Below, piece by piece: positions 44,401 through 59,360 of a DNA stretch of 64,000 nt (positions within the stretch are counted from its first letter, which is position 1; every line of letters begins with the position of its first letter). The notes beneath the pieces are model-generated. The model made no database searches. It saw nothing but the letters and a program-made list of their open reading frames with translations, and was not told the DNA's origin. The translations under genes were made by a program, and so were the position numbers. The stretch comes from Balanoglossus misakiensis (taxonomy: Eukaryota > Animalia > Hemichordata): assembly GCA_040954595.2 (NCBI GenBank), contig CM082589.2:3176213-3240212 (forward strand), given 5' to 3'.

Positions 44401-47400
44401 ATTCTCATTTTTTGATGATTTTCCTGAGCTATAACCCATGGTTTTTTCAAAAATCGGCCAAATTTTGAAATTCCGCAAAGTCGAAAAATTCTCATTTTTT
44501 GATGATTTTCCTGAGCTATAACCCATGGTTTTTTCAAAAATCGACCAAATTTTGAAATTCCGCAAAGTCGAAAAATTCTCATTTTTTGATGATTTTCCTG
44601 AGCTATAACCCATGGTTTTTTCAAAAATCGGCCAAATTTTGAAATTCCGCAAAGTCGAAAAATTCTCATTTTTTGATGATTTTCCTGAGCTATAACCCAT
44701 GGTTTTTTCAAAAATCGGCCAAATTTTGAAATTCCGCAAAGTCGAAAAATTCTCATTTTTTGATGATTTTCCTGAGCTATAACCCATGGTTTTTTCAAAA
44801 ATCGACCAAATTTTGAAATTCCGCAAAGTCGAAAAATTCTCATTTTTTGATGATTTTCCTGAGCTATAACCCATGGTTTTTTAAAAAAATCGGCCAAATT
44901 TTGAAATTCCGCAAAGTCGAAAAATTCTCATTTTTTGATGATTTTCCTGAGCTATAACCCATGGTTTTTTCAAAAATCGGCCAAATTTTGAAATTCCGCA
45001 AAGTCGAAAAATTCTCATTTTTTGATGATTTTCCTGAGCTATAACCCATGGTTTTTTCAAATATCGGCCAAATTTTGAAATTCCGCAAAGTCGAAAAATT
45101 CTCATTTTTTGATGATTTTCCTGAGCTATAACCCATGGTTTCTTCAAAAATCGACCAAATTTTGAAATTCCGCAAAGTCGAAAAATTCTCATTTTTTGAT
45201 GATTTTCCTGAGCTATAACCCATGGTTTTTTCAAAAATCGGCCAAATTTTGAAATTCCGCAAAGTCGAAAAATTCTCATTTTTTGATGATTTTCCTGAGC
45301 TATAACCCATGGTTTTTTCAAAAATCGGCCAAATTTTGAAATTCCGCAAAGTCGAAAAATTCTCATTTTTTGATGATTTTCCTGAGCTATAACCCATGGT
45401 TTTTTTCAAAAATCGGCCAAATTTTGAAATTCCGCAAAGTCGAAAAATTCTCATTTTTTGATGATTTTCCTGAGCTATAACCCATGGTTTTTTTCAAAAA
45501 TCGGCCAAATTTTGAAATTCCGCAAAGTCGAAAAATTCTCATTTTTTGATGATTTTCCTGAGCTATAACCCATGGTTTTTTTCAAAAATCGGCCAAATTT
45601 TGAAATTCCGCAAAGTCGAAAAATTCTCATTTTTTGATGATTTTCCTGAGCTATAACCCATGGTTTCTTCAAAAATCGACCAAATTTTGAAATTCCGCAA
45701 AGTCGAAAAATTCTCATTTTTTGATGATTTTCCTGAGCTATAACCCATGGTTTTTTCAAAAATCGGCCAAATTTTGAAATTCCGCAAAGTCGAAAAATTC
45801 TCATTTTTTGATGATTTTCCTGAGCTATAACCCATGGTTTCTTTCAAAAATCGGCCAAATTTTGAAATTCCGCAAAGTCGAAAAATTCTCATTTTTTGAT
45901 GATTTTCCTGAGCTATAACCCATGGTTTCTTCAAAAATCGGCCAAATTTTGAAATTCCGCAAAGTCGAAAAATTCTCATTTTTTGATGATTTTCCTGAGC
46001 TATAACCCATGGTTTTTTTCAAAAATCGGCCAAATTTTGAAATTCCGCAAAGTCGAAAAATTCTCATTTTTTGATGATTTTCCTGAGCTATAACCCATGG
46101 TTTTTTCAAAAATCGGCCAAATTTTGAAATTCCGCAAAGTCGAAAAATTCTCATTTTTTGATGATTTTCCTGAGCTATAACCCATGGTTTTTTCAAAAAT
46201 CGACCAAATTTTGAAATTCCGCAAAGTCGAAAAATTCTCATTTTTTGATGATTTTCCTGAGCTATAACCCATGGTTTTTTAAAAAAATCGGCCAAATTTT
46301 GAAATTCCGCAAAGTCGAAAAATTCTCATTTTTTGATGATTTTCCTGAGCTATAACCCATGGTTTTTTCAAAAATCGGCCAAATTTTGAAATTCCGCAAA
46401 GTCGAAAAATTCTCATTTTTTGATGATTTTCCTGAGCTATAACCCATGGTTTTTTCAAAAATCGGCCAAATTTTGAAATTCCGCAAAGTCGAAAAATTCT
46501 CATTTTTTGATGATTTTCCTGAGCTATAACCCATGGTTTTTTCAAAAATCGGCCAAATTTTGAAATTCCGCAAAGTCGAAAAATTCTCATTTTTTGATGA
46601 TTTTCCTGAGCTATAACCCATGGTTTTTTCAAAAATTGGCCAAATTTTGAAATTCCGCAAAGTCGAAAAATTCTCATTTTTTGATGATTTTCCTGAGCTA
46701 TAACCCATGGTTTTTTCAAAAATCGGCCAAATTTTGAAATTCCGCAAAGTCGAAAAATTCTCATTTTTTGATGATTTTCCTGAGCTATAACCCATGGTTT
46801 TTTTCAAAAATCGGCCAAATTTTGAAATTCCGCAAAATCGAAAAATTCTCATTTTTTGATGATTTTCCTGAGCTATAACCCATGGTTTTTTCAAAAATCG
46901 GCCAAATTTTGAAATTCCGCAAAGTCGAAAAATTCTCATTTTTTGATGATTTTCCTGAGCTATAACCCATGGTTTTTTCAAAAATCGGCCAAATTTTGAA
47001 ATTCCGCAAAGTCGAAAAATTCTCATTTTTTGATGATTTTCCTGAGCTATAACCCATGGTTTTTTCAAAAATCGGCCAAATTTTGAAATTCCGCAAAGTC
47101 GAAAAATTCTCATTTTTTGATGATTTTCCTGAGCTATAACCCATGGTTTTTTCAAAAATCGGCCAAATTTTGAAATTCCGCAAAGTCGAAAAATTCTCAT
47201 TTTTTGATGATTTTCCTGAGCTATAACCCATGGTTTTTTCAAAAATCGGCCAAATTTTGAAATTCCGCAAAGTCGAAAAATTCTCATTTTTTGATGATTT
47301 TCCTGAGCTATAACCCATGGTTTTTTTCAAAAATCGGCCAAATTTTGAAATTCCGCAAAATCGAAAAATTCTCATTTTTTGATGATTTTCCTGAGCTATA

Positions 47401-50400
47401 ACCCATGGTTTCTTCAAAAATCGGCCAAATTTTGAAATTCCGCAAAGTCGAAAAATTCTCATTTTTTGATGATTTTCCTGAGCTATAACCCATGGTTTTT
47501 TTCAAAAATCGGCCAAATTTTGAAATTCCGCAAAGTCGAAAAATTCTCATTTTTTGATGATTTTCCTGAGCTATAACCCATGGTTTTTTCAAAAATCGGC
47601 CTAATTTTGAAATTCCGCAAAGTCGAAAAATTCTCATTTTTTGATGATTTTCCTGAGCTATAACCCATGGTTTTTTCAAAAATCGACCAAATTTTGAAAT
47701 TCCGCAAAGTCGAAAAATTCTCATTTTTTGATGATTTTCCTGAGCTATAACCCATGGTTTTTTTAAAAAATCGGCCAAATTTTGAAATTCCGCAAAGTCG
47801 AAAAATTCTCATTTTTTGATGATTTTCCTGAGCTATAACCCATGGTTTTTTCAAAAATCGGCCAAATTTTGAAATTCCGCAAAGTCGAAAAATTCTCATT
47901 TTTTGATGATTTTCCTGAGCTATAACCCATGGTTTTTTCAAAAATCGGCCAAATTTTGAAATTCCGCAAAGTCGAAAAATTCTCATTTTTTGATGATTTT
48001 CCTGAGCTATAACCCATGGTTTTTTCAAAAATCGGCCAAATTTTGAAATTCCGCAAAGTCGAAAAATTCTCATTTTTTGATGATTTTCCTGAGCTATAAC
48101 CCATGGTTTTTTCAAAAATCGGCCAAATTTTGAAATTCCGCAAAGTCGAAAAATTCTCATTTTTTGATGATTTTCCTGAGCTATAACCCATGGTTTTTTC
48201 AAAAATCGGCCAAATTTTGAAATTCCGCAAAGTCGAAAAATTCTCATTTTTTGATGATTTTCCTGAGCTATAACCCATGGTTTTTTTCAAAAATCGGCCA
48301 AATTTTGAAATTCCGCAAAATCGAAAAATTCTCATTTTTTGATGATTTTCCTGAGCTATAACCCATGGTTTTTTCAAAAATCGGCCAAATTTTGAAATTC
48401 CGCAAAGTCGAAAAATTCTCATTTTTTGATGATTTTCCTGAGCTATAACCCATGGTTTTTTCAAAAATCGGCCAAATTTTGAAATTCCGCAAAGTCGAAA
48501 AATTCTCATTTTTTGATGATTTTCCTGAGCTATAACCCATGGTTTTTTCAAAAATCGGCCAAATTTTGAAATTCCGCAAAGTCGAAAAATTCTCATTTTT
48601 TGATGATTTTCCTGAGCTATAACCCATGGTTTTTTCAAAAATCGGCCAAATTTTGAAATTCCGCAAAGTCGAAAAATTCTCATTTTTTGATGATTTTCCT
48701 GAGCTATAACCCATGGTTTTTTCAAAAATCGGCCAAATTTTGAAATTCCGCAAAGTCGAAAAATTCTCATTTTTTGATGATTTTCCTGAGCTATAACCCA
48801 TGGTTTTTTTCAAAAATCGGCCAAATTTTGAAATTCCGCAAAATCGAAAAATTCTCATTTTTTGATGATTTTCCTGAGCTATAACCCATGGTTTTTTCAA
48901 AAATCGGCCAAATTTTGAAATTCCGCAAAGTCGAAAAATTCTCATTTTTTGATGATTTTCCTGAGCTATAACCCATGGTTTTTTTCAAAAATCGGCCAAA
49001 TTTTGAAATTCCGCAAAATCGAAAAATTCTCATTTTTTGATGATTTTCCTGAGCTATAACCCATGGTTTCTTCAAAAATCGGCCAAATTTTGAAATTCCG
49101 CAAAGTCGAAAAATTCTCATTTTTTGATGATTTTCCTGAGCTATAACCCATGGTTTTTTCAAAAATCGGCCAAATTTTGAAATTCCGCAAAGTCGAAAAA
49201 TTCTCATTTTTTGATGATTTTCCTGAGCTATAACCCATGGTTTTTTTCAAAAATCGGCCAAATTTTGAAATTCCGCAAAGTCGAAAAATTCTCATTTTTT
49301 GATGATTTTCCTGAGCTATAACCCATGGTTTTTTTCAAAAATCGGCCAAATTTTGAAATTCCGCAAAGTCGAAAAATTCTCATTTTTTGATGATTTTCCT
49401 GAGCTATAACCCATGGTTTCTTCAAAAATCGACCAAATTTTGAAATTCCGCAAAGTCGAAAAATTCTCATTTTTTGATGATTTTCCTGAGCTATAACCCA
49501 TGGTTTTTTTCAAAAATCGGCCAAATTTTGAAATTCCGCAAAATCGAAAAATTCTCATTTTTTGATGATTTTCCTGAGCTATAACCCATGGTTTCTTCAA
49601 AAATCGGCCAAATTTTGAAATTCCGCAAAGTCGAAAAATTCTCATTTTTTGATGATTTTCCTGAGCTATAACCCATGGTTTTTTCAAAAATCGACCAAAT
49701 TTTGAAATTCCGCAAAGTCGAAAAATTCTCATTTTTTGATGATTTTCCTGAGCTATAACCCATGGTTTTTTCAAAAATCGGCCAAATTTTGAAATTCCGC
49801 AAAGTCGAAAAATTCTCATTTTTTGATGATTTTCCTGAGCTATAACCCATGGTTTTTTCAAAAATCGGCCAAATTTTGAAATTCCGCAAAGTCGAAAAAT
49901 TCTCATTTTTTGATGATTTTCCTGAGCTATAACCCATGGTTTTTTCAAAAATCGGCCAAATTTTGAAATTCCGCAAAGTCGAAAAATTCTCATTTTTTGA
50001 TGATTTTCCTGAGCTATAACCCATGGTTTTTTCAAAAATCGGCCAAATTTTGAAATTCCGCAAAGTCGAAAAATTCTCATTTTTTTGATGATTTTCCTGA
50101 GCTATAACCCATGGTTTTTTCAAAAATCGGCCAAATTTTGAAATTCCGCAAAGTCGAAAAATTCTCATTTTTTGATGATTTTCCTGAGCTATAACCCATG
50201 GTTTTTTCAAAAATCGGCCAAATTTTGAAATTCCGCAAAGTCGAAAAATTCTCATTTTTTGATGATTTTCCTGAGCTATAACCCATGGTTTTTTCAAAAA
50301 TCGGCCAAATTTTGAAATTCCGCAAAGTCGAAAAATTCTCATTTTTTGATGATTTTCCTGAGCTATAACCCATGGTTTTTTCAAAAATCGGCCAAATTTT

Positions 50401-53400
50401 GAAATTCCGCAAAGTCGAAAAATTCTCATTTTTTGATGATTTTCCTGAGCTATAACCCATGGTTTTTTTCAAAAATCGGCCAAATTTTGAAATTCCGCAA
50501 AATCGAAAAATTCTCATTTTTTGATGATTTTCCTGAGCTATAACCCATGGTTTTTTCAAAAATCGGCCAAATTTTGAAATTCCGCAAAGTCGAAAAATTC
50601 TCATTTTTTGATGATTTTCCTGAGCTATAACCCATGGTTTCTTTCAAAAATCGGCCAAATTTTGAAATTCCGCAAAGTCGAAAAATTCTCATTTTTTGAT
50701 GATTTTCCTGAGCTATAACCCATGGTTTCTTCAAAAATAGGCCAAATTTTGAAATTCCGCAAAGTCGAAAAATTCTCATTTTTTGATGATTTTCCTGAGC
50801 TATAACCCATGGTTTTTTTCAAAAATCGGCCAAATTTTGAAATTCCGCAAAGTCGAAAAATTCTCATTTTTTGATGATTTTCCTGAGCTATAACCCATGG
50901 TTTCTTCAAAAATCGACCAAATTTTGAAATTCCGCAAAGTCGAAAAATTCTCATTTTTTGATGATTTTCCTGAGCTATAACCCATGGTTTTTTTCAAAAA
51001 TCGGCCAAATTTTGAAATTCCGCAAAGTCGAAAAATTCTCATTTTTTGATGATTTTCCTGAGCTATAACCCATGGTTTTTTCAAAAATCGGCCAAATTTT
51101 GAAATTCCGCAAAGTCGAAAAATTCTCATTTTTTGATGATTTTCCTGAGCTATAACCCATGGTTTTTTCAAAAATCGGCCAAATTTTGAAATTCCGCAAA
51201 GTCGAAAAATTCTCATTTTTTGATGATTTTCCTGAGCTATAACCCATGGTTTTTTCAAAAATCGGCCAAATTTTGAAATTCCGCAAAGTCGAAAAATTCT
51301 CATTTTTTGATGATTTTCCTGAGCTATAACCCATGGTTTTTTCAAAAATCGGCCAAATTTTGAAATTCCGCAAAGTCGAAAAATTCTCATTTTTTGATGA
51401 TTTTCCTGAGCTATAACCCATGGTTTTTTTCAAAAATCGGCCAAATTTTGAAATTCCGCAAAATCGAAAAATTCTCATTTTTTGATGATTTTCCTGAGCT
51501 ATAACCCATGGTTTTTTCAAAAATCGGCCAAATTTTGAAATTCCGCAAAGTCGAAAAATTCTCATTTTTTGATGATTTTCCTGAGCTATAACCCATGGTT
51601 TCTTTCAAAAATCGGCCAAATTTTGAAATTCCGCAAAGTCGAAAAATTCTCATTTTTTGATGATTTTCCTGAGCTATAACCCATGGTTTCTTCAAAAATC
51701 GGCCAAATTTTGAAATTCCGCAAAGTCGAAAAATTCTCATTTTTTGATGATTTTCCTGAGCTATAACCCATGGTTTTTTCAAAAATCGGCCAAATTTTGA
51801 AATTCCGCAAAGTCGAAAAATTCTCATTTTTTGATGATTTTCCTGAGCTATAACCCATGGTTTTTTCAAAAATCGGCCAAATTTTGAAATTCCGCAAAGT
51901 CGAAAAATTCTCATTTTTTGATGATTTTCCTGAGCTATAACCCATGGTTTTTTTCAAAAATCGGCCAAATTTTGAAATTCCGCAAAATCGAAAAATTCTC
52001 ATTTTTTGATGATTTTCCTGAGCTATAACCCATGGTTTCTTCAAAAATCGGCCAAATTTTGAAATTCCGCAAAGTTGAAAAATTCTCATTTTTTGATGAT
52101 TTTCCTGAGCTATAACCCATGGTTTTTTCAAAAATCGGCCAAATTTTGAAATTCCGCAAAGTCGAAAAATTCTCATTTTTTGATGATTTTCCTGAGCTAT
52201 AACCCATGGTTTTTTCAAAAATCGGCCAAATTTTGAAATTCCGCAAAGTCGAAAAATTCTCATTTTTTGATGATTTTCCTGAGCTATAACCCATGGTTTT
52301 TTTCAAAAATCGGCCAGATTTTGAAATTCCGCAAAGTCGAAAAATTCTCATTTTTTGATGATTTTCCTGAGCTATAACCCATGGTTTCTTCAAAAATCGG
52401 CCAAATTTTGAAATTCCGCAAAGTCGAAAAATTCTCATTTTTTGATGATTTTCCTGAGCTATAACCCATGGTTTTTTCAAAAATCGGCCAAATTTTGAAA
52501 TTCCGCAAAGTCGAAAAATTCTCATTTTTTGATGATTTTCCTGAGCTATAACCCATGGTTTTTTCAAAAATCGGCCAAATTTTGAAATTCCGCAAAGTCG
52601 AAAAATTCTCATTTTTTGATGATTTTCCTGAGCTATAACCCATGGTTTTTTTCAAAAATCGGCCAGATTTTGAAATTCCGCAAAGTCGAAAAATTCTCAT
52701 TTTTTGATGATTTTCCTGAGCTATAACCCATGGTTTTTTCAAAAATCGGCCAAATTTTGAAATTCCGCAAAGTCGAAAAATTCTCATTTTTTGATGATTT
52801 TCCTGAGCTATAACCCATGGTTTTTTCAAAAATCGGCCAAATTTTGAAATTCCGCAAAGTCGAAAAATTCTCATTTTTTGATGATTTTCCTGAGCTATAA
52901 ACCATGGTTTTTTCAAAAATCGGCCAAATTTTGAAATTCCGCAAAGTCGAAAAATTCTCATTTTTTGATGATTTTCCTGAGCTATAACCCATGGTTTTTT
53001 CAAAAATCGGCCAAATTTTGAAATTCCGCAAAGTCGAAAAATTCTCATTTTTTGATGATTTTCCTGAGCTATAACCCATGGTTTTTTTCAAAAATCGGCC
53101 AAATTTTGAAATTCCGCAAAATCGAAAAATTCTCATTTTTTGATGATTTTCCTGAGCTATAACCCATGGTTTCTTCAAAAATCGGCCAAATTTTGAAATT
53201 CCGCAAAGTCGAAAAATTCTCATTTTTTGATGATTTTCCTGAGCTATAACCCATGGTTTTTTCAAAAATCGACCAAATTTTGAAATTCCGCAAAGTCGAA
53301 AAATTCTCATTTTTTGATGATTTTCCTGAGCTATAACCCATGGTTTTTTCAAAAATCGGCCAAATTTTGAAATTCCGCAAAGTCGAAAAATTCTCATTTT

Positions 53401-56400
53401 TTGATGATTTTCCTGAGCTATAACCCATGGTTTTTTCAAAAATCGGCCAAATTTTGAAATTCCGCAAAGTCGAAAAATTCTCATTTTTTGATGATTTTCC
53501 TGAGCTATAACCCATGGTTTTTTCAAAAATCGGCCAAATTTTGAAATTCCGCAAAGTCGAAAAATTCTCATTTTTTGATGATTTTCCTGAGCTATAACCC
53601 ATGGTTTTTTCAAAAATCGGCCAAATTTTGAAATTCCGCAAAGTCGAAAAATTCTCATTTTTTGATGATTTTCCTGAGCTATAACCCATGGTTTTTTCAA
53701 AAATCGGCAAAATTTTGAAATTCCGCAAAGTCGAAAAATTCTCATTTTTTGATGATTTTCCTGAGCTATAACCCATGGTTTCTTCAAAAATCGACCAAAT
53801 TTTGAAATTCCGCAAAGTCGAAAAATTCTCATTTTTTGATGATTTTCCTGAGCTATAACCCATGGTTTTTTCAAAAATCGGCCAAATTTTGAAATTCCGC
53901 AAAGTCGAAAAATTCTCATTTTTTGATGATTTTCCTGAGCTATAACCCATGGTTTTTTCAAAAATCGGCCAAATTTTGAAATTCCGCAAAGTCGAAAAAT
54001 TCTCATTTTTTGATGATTTTCCTGAGCTATAACCCATGGTTTTTTCAAAAATCGGCCAAATTTTGAAATTCCGCAAAGTCGAAAAATTCTCATTTTTTGA
54101 TGATTTTCCTGAGCTATAACCCATGGTTTTTTTCAAAAATCGGCCAAATTTTGAAATTCCGCAAAGTCGAAAAATTCTCATTTTTTGATGATTTTCCTGA
54201 GCTATAACCCATGGTTTTTTTCAAAAATCGGCCAAATTTTGAAATTCCGCAAAGTCGAAAAATTCTTATTTTTTGATGATTTTCCTGAGCTATAACCCAT
54301 GGTTTTTTTCAAAAATCGGCCAAATTTTGAAATTCCGCAAAATCGAAAAATTCTCATTTTTTGATGATTTTCCTGAGCTATAACCCATGGTTTCTTCAAA
54401 AATCGACCAAATTTTGAAATTCCGCAAAGTCGAAAAATTCTCATTTTTTGATGATTTTCCTGAGCTATAACCCATGGTTTTTTCAAAAATCGGCCAAATT
54501 TTGAAATTCCGCAAAGTCGAAAAATTCTCATTTTTTGATGATTTTCCTGAGCTATAACCCATGGTTTTTTCAAAAATCGGCCAAATTTTGAAATTCCGCA
54601 AAGTCGAAAAATTCTCATTTTTTGATGATTTTCCTGAGCTATAACCCATGGTTTTTTCAAAAATCGGCCAAATTTTGAAATTCCGCAAAGTCGAAAAATT
54701 CTCATTTTTTGATGATTTTCCTGAGCTATAACCCATGGTTTTTTCAAAAATCGGCCAAATTTTGAAATTCCGCAAAGTCGAAAAATTCTCATTTTTTGAT
54801 GATTTTCCTGAGCTATAACCCATGGTTTCTTCAAAAATCGACCAAATTTTGAAATTCCGCAAAGTCGAAAAATTCTCATTTTTTGATGATTTTCCTGAGC
54901 TATAACCCATGGTTTTTTCAAAAATCGGCCAAATTTTGAAATTCCGCAAAGTCGAAAAATTCTCATTTTTTGATGATTTTCCTGAGCTATAACCCATGGT
55001 TTTTTCAAAAATCGGCCAAATTTTGAAATTCCGCAAAGTCGAAAAATTCTCATTTTTTGATGATTTTCCTGAGCTATAACCCATGGTTTCTTCAAAAATC
55101 GGCCAAATTTTGAAATTCCGCAAAGTCGAAAAATTCTCATTTTTTGATGATTTTCCTGAGCTATAACCCATGGTTTTTTCAGAAATCGGCCAAATTTTGA
55201 AATTCCGCAAAGTCGAAAAATTCTCATTTTTTGATGATTTTCCTGAGCTATAACCCATGGTTTTTTCAAAAATCGGCCAAATTTTGAAATTCCGCAAAGT
55301 CGAAAAATTCTCATTTTTTGATGATTTTCCTGAGCTATAACCCATGGTTTTTTCAAAAATCGGCCAAATTTTGAAATTCCGCAAAGTCGAAAAATTCTCA
55401 TTTTTTGATGATTTTCCTGAGCTATAACCCATGGTTTTTTCAAAAATCGCCAAATTTTGAAATTCCGCAAAGTCGAAAAATTCTCATTTTTTGATGATTT
55501 TCCTGAGCTATAACCCATGGTTTTTTCAAAAATCGGCCAAATTTTGAAATTCCGCAAAGTCGAAAAATTCTCATTTTTTGATGATTTTCCTGAGCTATAA
55601 CCCATGGTTTTTTCAAAAATCGGCCAAATTTTGAAATTCCGCAAAGTCGAAAAATTCTCATTTTTTGATGATTTTCCTGAGCTATAACCCATGGTTTTTT
55701 TCAAAAATCGACCAAATTTTGAAATTCCGCAAAGTCGAAAAATTCTCATTTTTTGATGATTTTCCTGAGCTATAACCCATGGTTTTTTCAAAAATCGGCC
55801 AAATTTTGAAATTCCGCAAAGTCGAAAAATTCTCATTTTTTGATGATTTTCCTGAGCTATAACCCATGGTTTCTTCAAAAATCGACCAAATTTTGAAATT
55901 CCGCAAAGTCGAAAAATTCTCATTTTTTGATGATTTTCCTGAGCTATAACCCATGGTTTTTTCAAAAATCGGCCAAATTTTGAAATTCCGCAAAGTCGAA
56001 AAATTCTCATTTTTTGATGATTTTCCTGAGCTATAACCCATGGTTTTTTCAAAAATCGGCCAAATTTTGAAATTCCGCAAAGTCGAAAAATTCTCATTTT
56101 TTGATGATTTTCCTGAGCTATAACCCATGGTTTTTTCAAAAATCGGCCAAATTTTGAAATTCCGCAAAGTCGAAAAATTCTCATTTTTTGATGATTTTCC
56201 TGAGCTATAACCCATGGTTTCTTCAAAAATCGACCAAATTTTGAAATTCCGTAAAGTCGAAAAATTCTCATTTTTTGATGATTTTCCTGAGCTATAACCC
56301 ATGTTTTTTTCAAAAATCGGCCAAATTTTGAAATTCCGCAAAGTCGAAAAATTCTCATTTTTTGATGATTTTCCTGAGCTATAACCCATGGTTTTTTCAA

Positions 56401-57420
56401 AAATCGGCCAAATTTTGAAATTCCGCAAAGTCGAAAAATTCTCATTTTTTGATGATTTTCCTGAGCTATAACCCATGGTTTTTTCAAAAATCGGCCAAAT
56501 TTTGAAATTCCGCAAAGTCGAAAAATTCTCATTTTTTGATGATTTTCCTGAGCTATAACCCATGGTTTTTTCAAAAATCGGCCAAATTTTGAAATTCCGC
56601 AAAGTCGAAAAATTCTCATTTTTTGATGATTTTCCTGAGCTATAACCCATGGTTTTTTCAAAAATCGGCCAAATTTTGAAATTCCGCAAAGTCGAAAAAT
56701 TCTCATTTTTTGATGATTTTCCTGAGCTATAACCCATGGTTTTTTCAAAAATCGGCCAAATTTTGAAATTCCGCAAAGTCGAAAAATTCTCATTTTTTGA
56801 TGATTTTCCTGAGCTATAACCCATGGTTTTTTTCAAAAATCGGCCAAATTTTGAAATTCCGCAAAGTCGAAAAATTCTCATTTTTTGATGATTTTCCTGA
56901 GCTATAACCCATGGTTTCTTCAAAAATCGGCCAAATTTTGAAATTCCGCAAAGTCGAAAAATTCTCATTTTTTGATGATTTTCCTGAGCTATAACCCATG
57001 GTTTTTTCAAAAATCGGCCAAATTTTGAAATTCCGCAAAGTCGAAAAATTCTCATTTTTTGATGATTTTCCTGAGCTATAACCCATGGTTTTTTCAAAAA
57101 TCGACCAAATTTTGAAATTCCGCAAAGTCGAAAAATTCTCATTTTTTGATGATTTTCCTGAGCTATAACCCATGGTTTTTTCAAAAATCGGCCAAATTTT
57201 GAAATTCCGCAAAGTCGAAAAATTCTCATTTTTTGATGATTTTCCTGAGCTATAACCCATGGTTTTTTCAAAAATCGGCCAAATTTTGAAATTCCGCAAA
57301 GTCGAAAAATTCTCATTTTTTGATGATTTTCCTGAGCTATAACCCATGGTTTTTTCAAAAATCGGCCAAATTTTGAAATTCCGCATAGTCGAAAAATTGT
57401 CATTTTTGGATGATTTTCCT
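38484..57420. repeat. Satellite DNA array, subfamily A (87-bp monomer, ~217 copies)
   Basis: Consensus gagctataacccatggttttttcaaaaatcggccaaattttgaaattccgcaaagtcgaaaaattctcattttttgatgattttcct, repeated head-to-tail with only 0-2 differences per unit in most copies (T6/T7 tract, ggcc/gacc, tttt/ttct). Abrupt left boundary. Copy number estimated from length. Confidence 0.98.
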
Positions 57421-59360
57421 GATCTATAACCCATGGTTTTTTCACAAAAATGAAGAAATTTTGATATTTCGCAAAGTCGAAAAATTATCATTTTTGGATG
57501 ATTTTCATGAGCTATAACCCATGGTTTTTTCAAAAAAATGAAGAAATTTTGATATTTCGCAAAGTCGAAAAATTGTCATTTTTGGTTGATTTTCATGAGC
57601 TATAACCCATGGTTTTTTAAAAAAAATGAAGAAATTTTGATATTTCGCAAAGTCGAAAAATTGTCATTTTTGGATGATTTTCATGAGCTATAACCCATGG
57701 TTTTTTCAAAAAAATGAAGAAATTTTGATATTTCGCAAAGTCGAAAAATTGTCATTTTTGGATGATTTTCATGAGCTATAACCCATGGTTTTTTCAAAAA
57801 AATGAAGAAATTTTGATATTTCGCAAAGTCGAAAAATTGCCATTTTTGGATGATTTTCATGAGCTATAACCCATGGTTTTTTTAAAAAAAATGAAGAAAT
57901 TTTGATATTTCGCAAAGTCGAAAAATTGTCATTTTCGGATGATTTTCGTGAGCTATAACCCATGGTTTTTTCAAAAAAATGAAGAAATTTTGATATTTCG
58001 CAAAGTCGAAAAATTGTCATTTTTGGATGATTTTCATGAGCTATAACCCATGGTTTTTTCAAAAAAATGAAGAAATTTTGATATTTCGCAAAGTCGAAAA
58101 ATTGTCATTTTTGGATGATTTTCATGAGCTATAACCCATGGTTTTTTCAAAAAAATGAAGAAATTTTGATATTTCGCAAAGTCGAAAAATTGTCATTTTT
58201 GGATGATTTTCATGAGCTATAACCCATGGTTTTTTCAAAAAAATGAAGAAATTTTGAAATTTCGCAAAGTCGAAAAATTGTCATTTTTGGTTGATTTTCA
58301 TGAGCTATAACCCATGGTTTTTTAAAAAAAATGAAGAAATTTTGATATTTCGCAAAGTCGAAAAATTGTCATTTTTGGATGATTTTCATGAGCTATAACC
58401 CATGGTTTTTTCAAAAAAATGAAGAAATTTTGATATTTCGCAAAGTCGAAAAATTGTCATTTTTGGATGATTTTCATGAGCTATAACCCATGGTTTTTTC
58501 AAAAAAATGAAGAAATTTTGATATTTCGCAAAGTCGAAAAATTGCCATTTTTGGATGATTTTCATGAGCTATAACCCATGGTTTTTTTAAAAAAAATGAA
58601 GAAATTTTGATATTTCGCAAAGTCGAAAAATTGTCATTTTCGGATGATTTTCGTGAGCTATAACCCATGGTTTTTTCAAAAAAATGAAGAAATTTTGATA
58701 TTTCGCAAAGTCGAAAAATTGTCATTTTTGGATGATTTTCATGAGCTATAACCCATGGTTTTTTCAAAAAAATGAAGAAATTTTGATATTTCGCAAAGTC
58801 GAAAAATTGTCATTTTTGGATGATTTTCATGAGCTATAACCCATGGTTTTTTCAAAAAAATGAAGAAATTTTGATATTTCGCAAAGTCGAAAAATTGTCA
58901 TTTTTGGATGATTTTCATGAGCTATAACCCATGGTTTTTTCAAAAAAATGAAGAAATTTTGATATTTCGCAAAGTCGAAAAATTGTCATTTTTGGATGAT
59001 TTTCATGAGCTATAACCCATGGTTTTTTCAAAAAAATGAAGAAATTTTGATATTTCGCAAAGTCGAAAAATTGTCATTTTTGGATGATTTTCATGAGCTA
59101 TAACCCATGGTTTTTTCACAAAAATGAAGAAATTTTGATATTTCGCAAAGTCGAAAAATTGTCATTTTTGGATGATTTTCATGAGCTATAACCCATGGTT
59201 TTTTCAAAAAAATGAAGAAATTTTGATATTTCGCAAAGTCGAAAAATTGTCATTTTTGGATGATTTTCATGAGCTATAACCCATGGTTTTTTCAAAAAAA
59301 TGAAGAAATTTTGATATTTCGCAAAGTCGAAAAATTGTCATTTTTGGATGATTTTCATGA
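57421..59360. repeat. Satellite DNA array, subfamily B (88-bp monomer, ~22 copies)
   Basis: Consensus gagctataacccatggttttttcaaaaaaatgaagaaattttgatatttcgcaaagtcgaaaaattgtcatttttggatgattttcat. Confidence 0.97.

Noticed and set aside
38493-58767. Many long minus-strand ORFs (up to 863 aa) of MRIFRLCGISKFGRFLKKPW / MGYSSGKSSKNENFSTL repeats
   Set aside because: Artefact of an 87-bp (multiple of 3) monomer lacking stops in two frames; frames switch at T-tract length changes, and no promoter or splice context is evident.
38484-59360. CRISPR-like regular repeat array
   Set aside because: There are no unique spacers, the repeats are contiguous, the context is eukaryotic and no cas genes are present.
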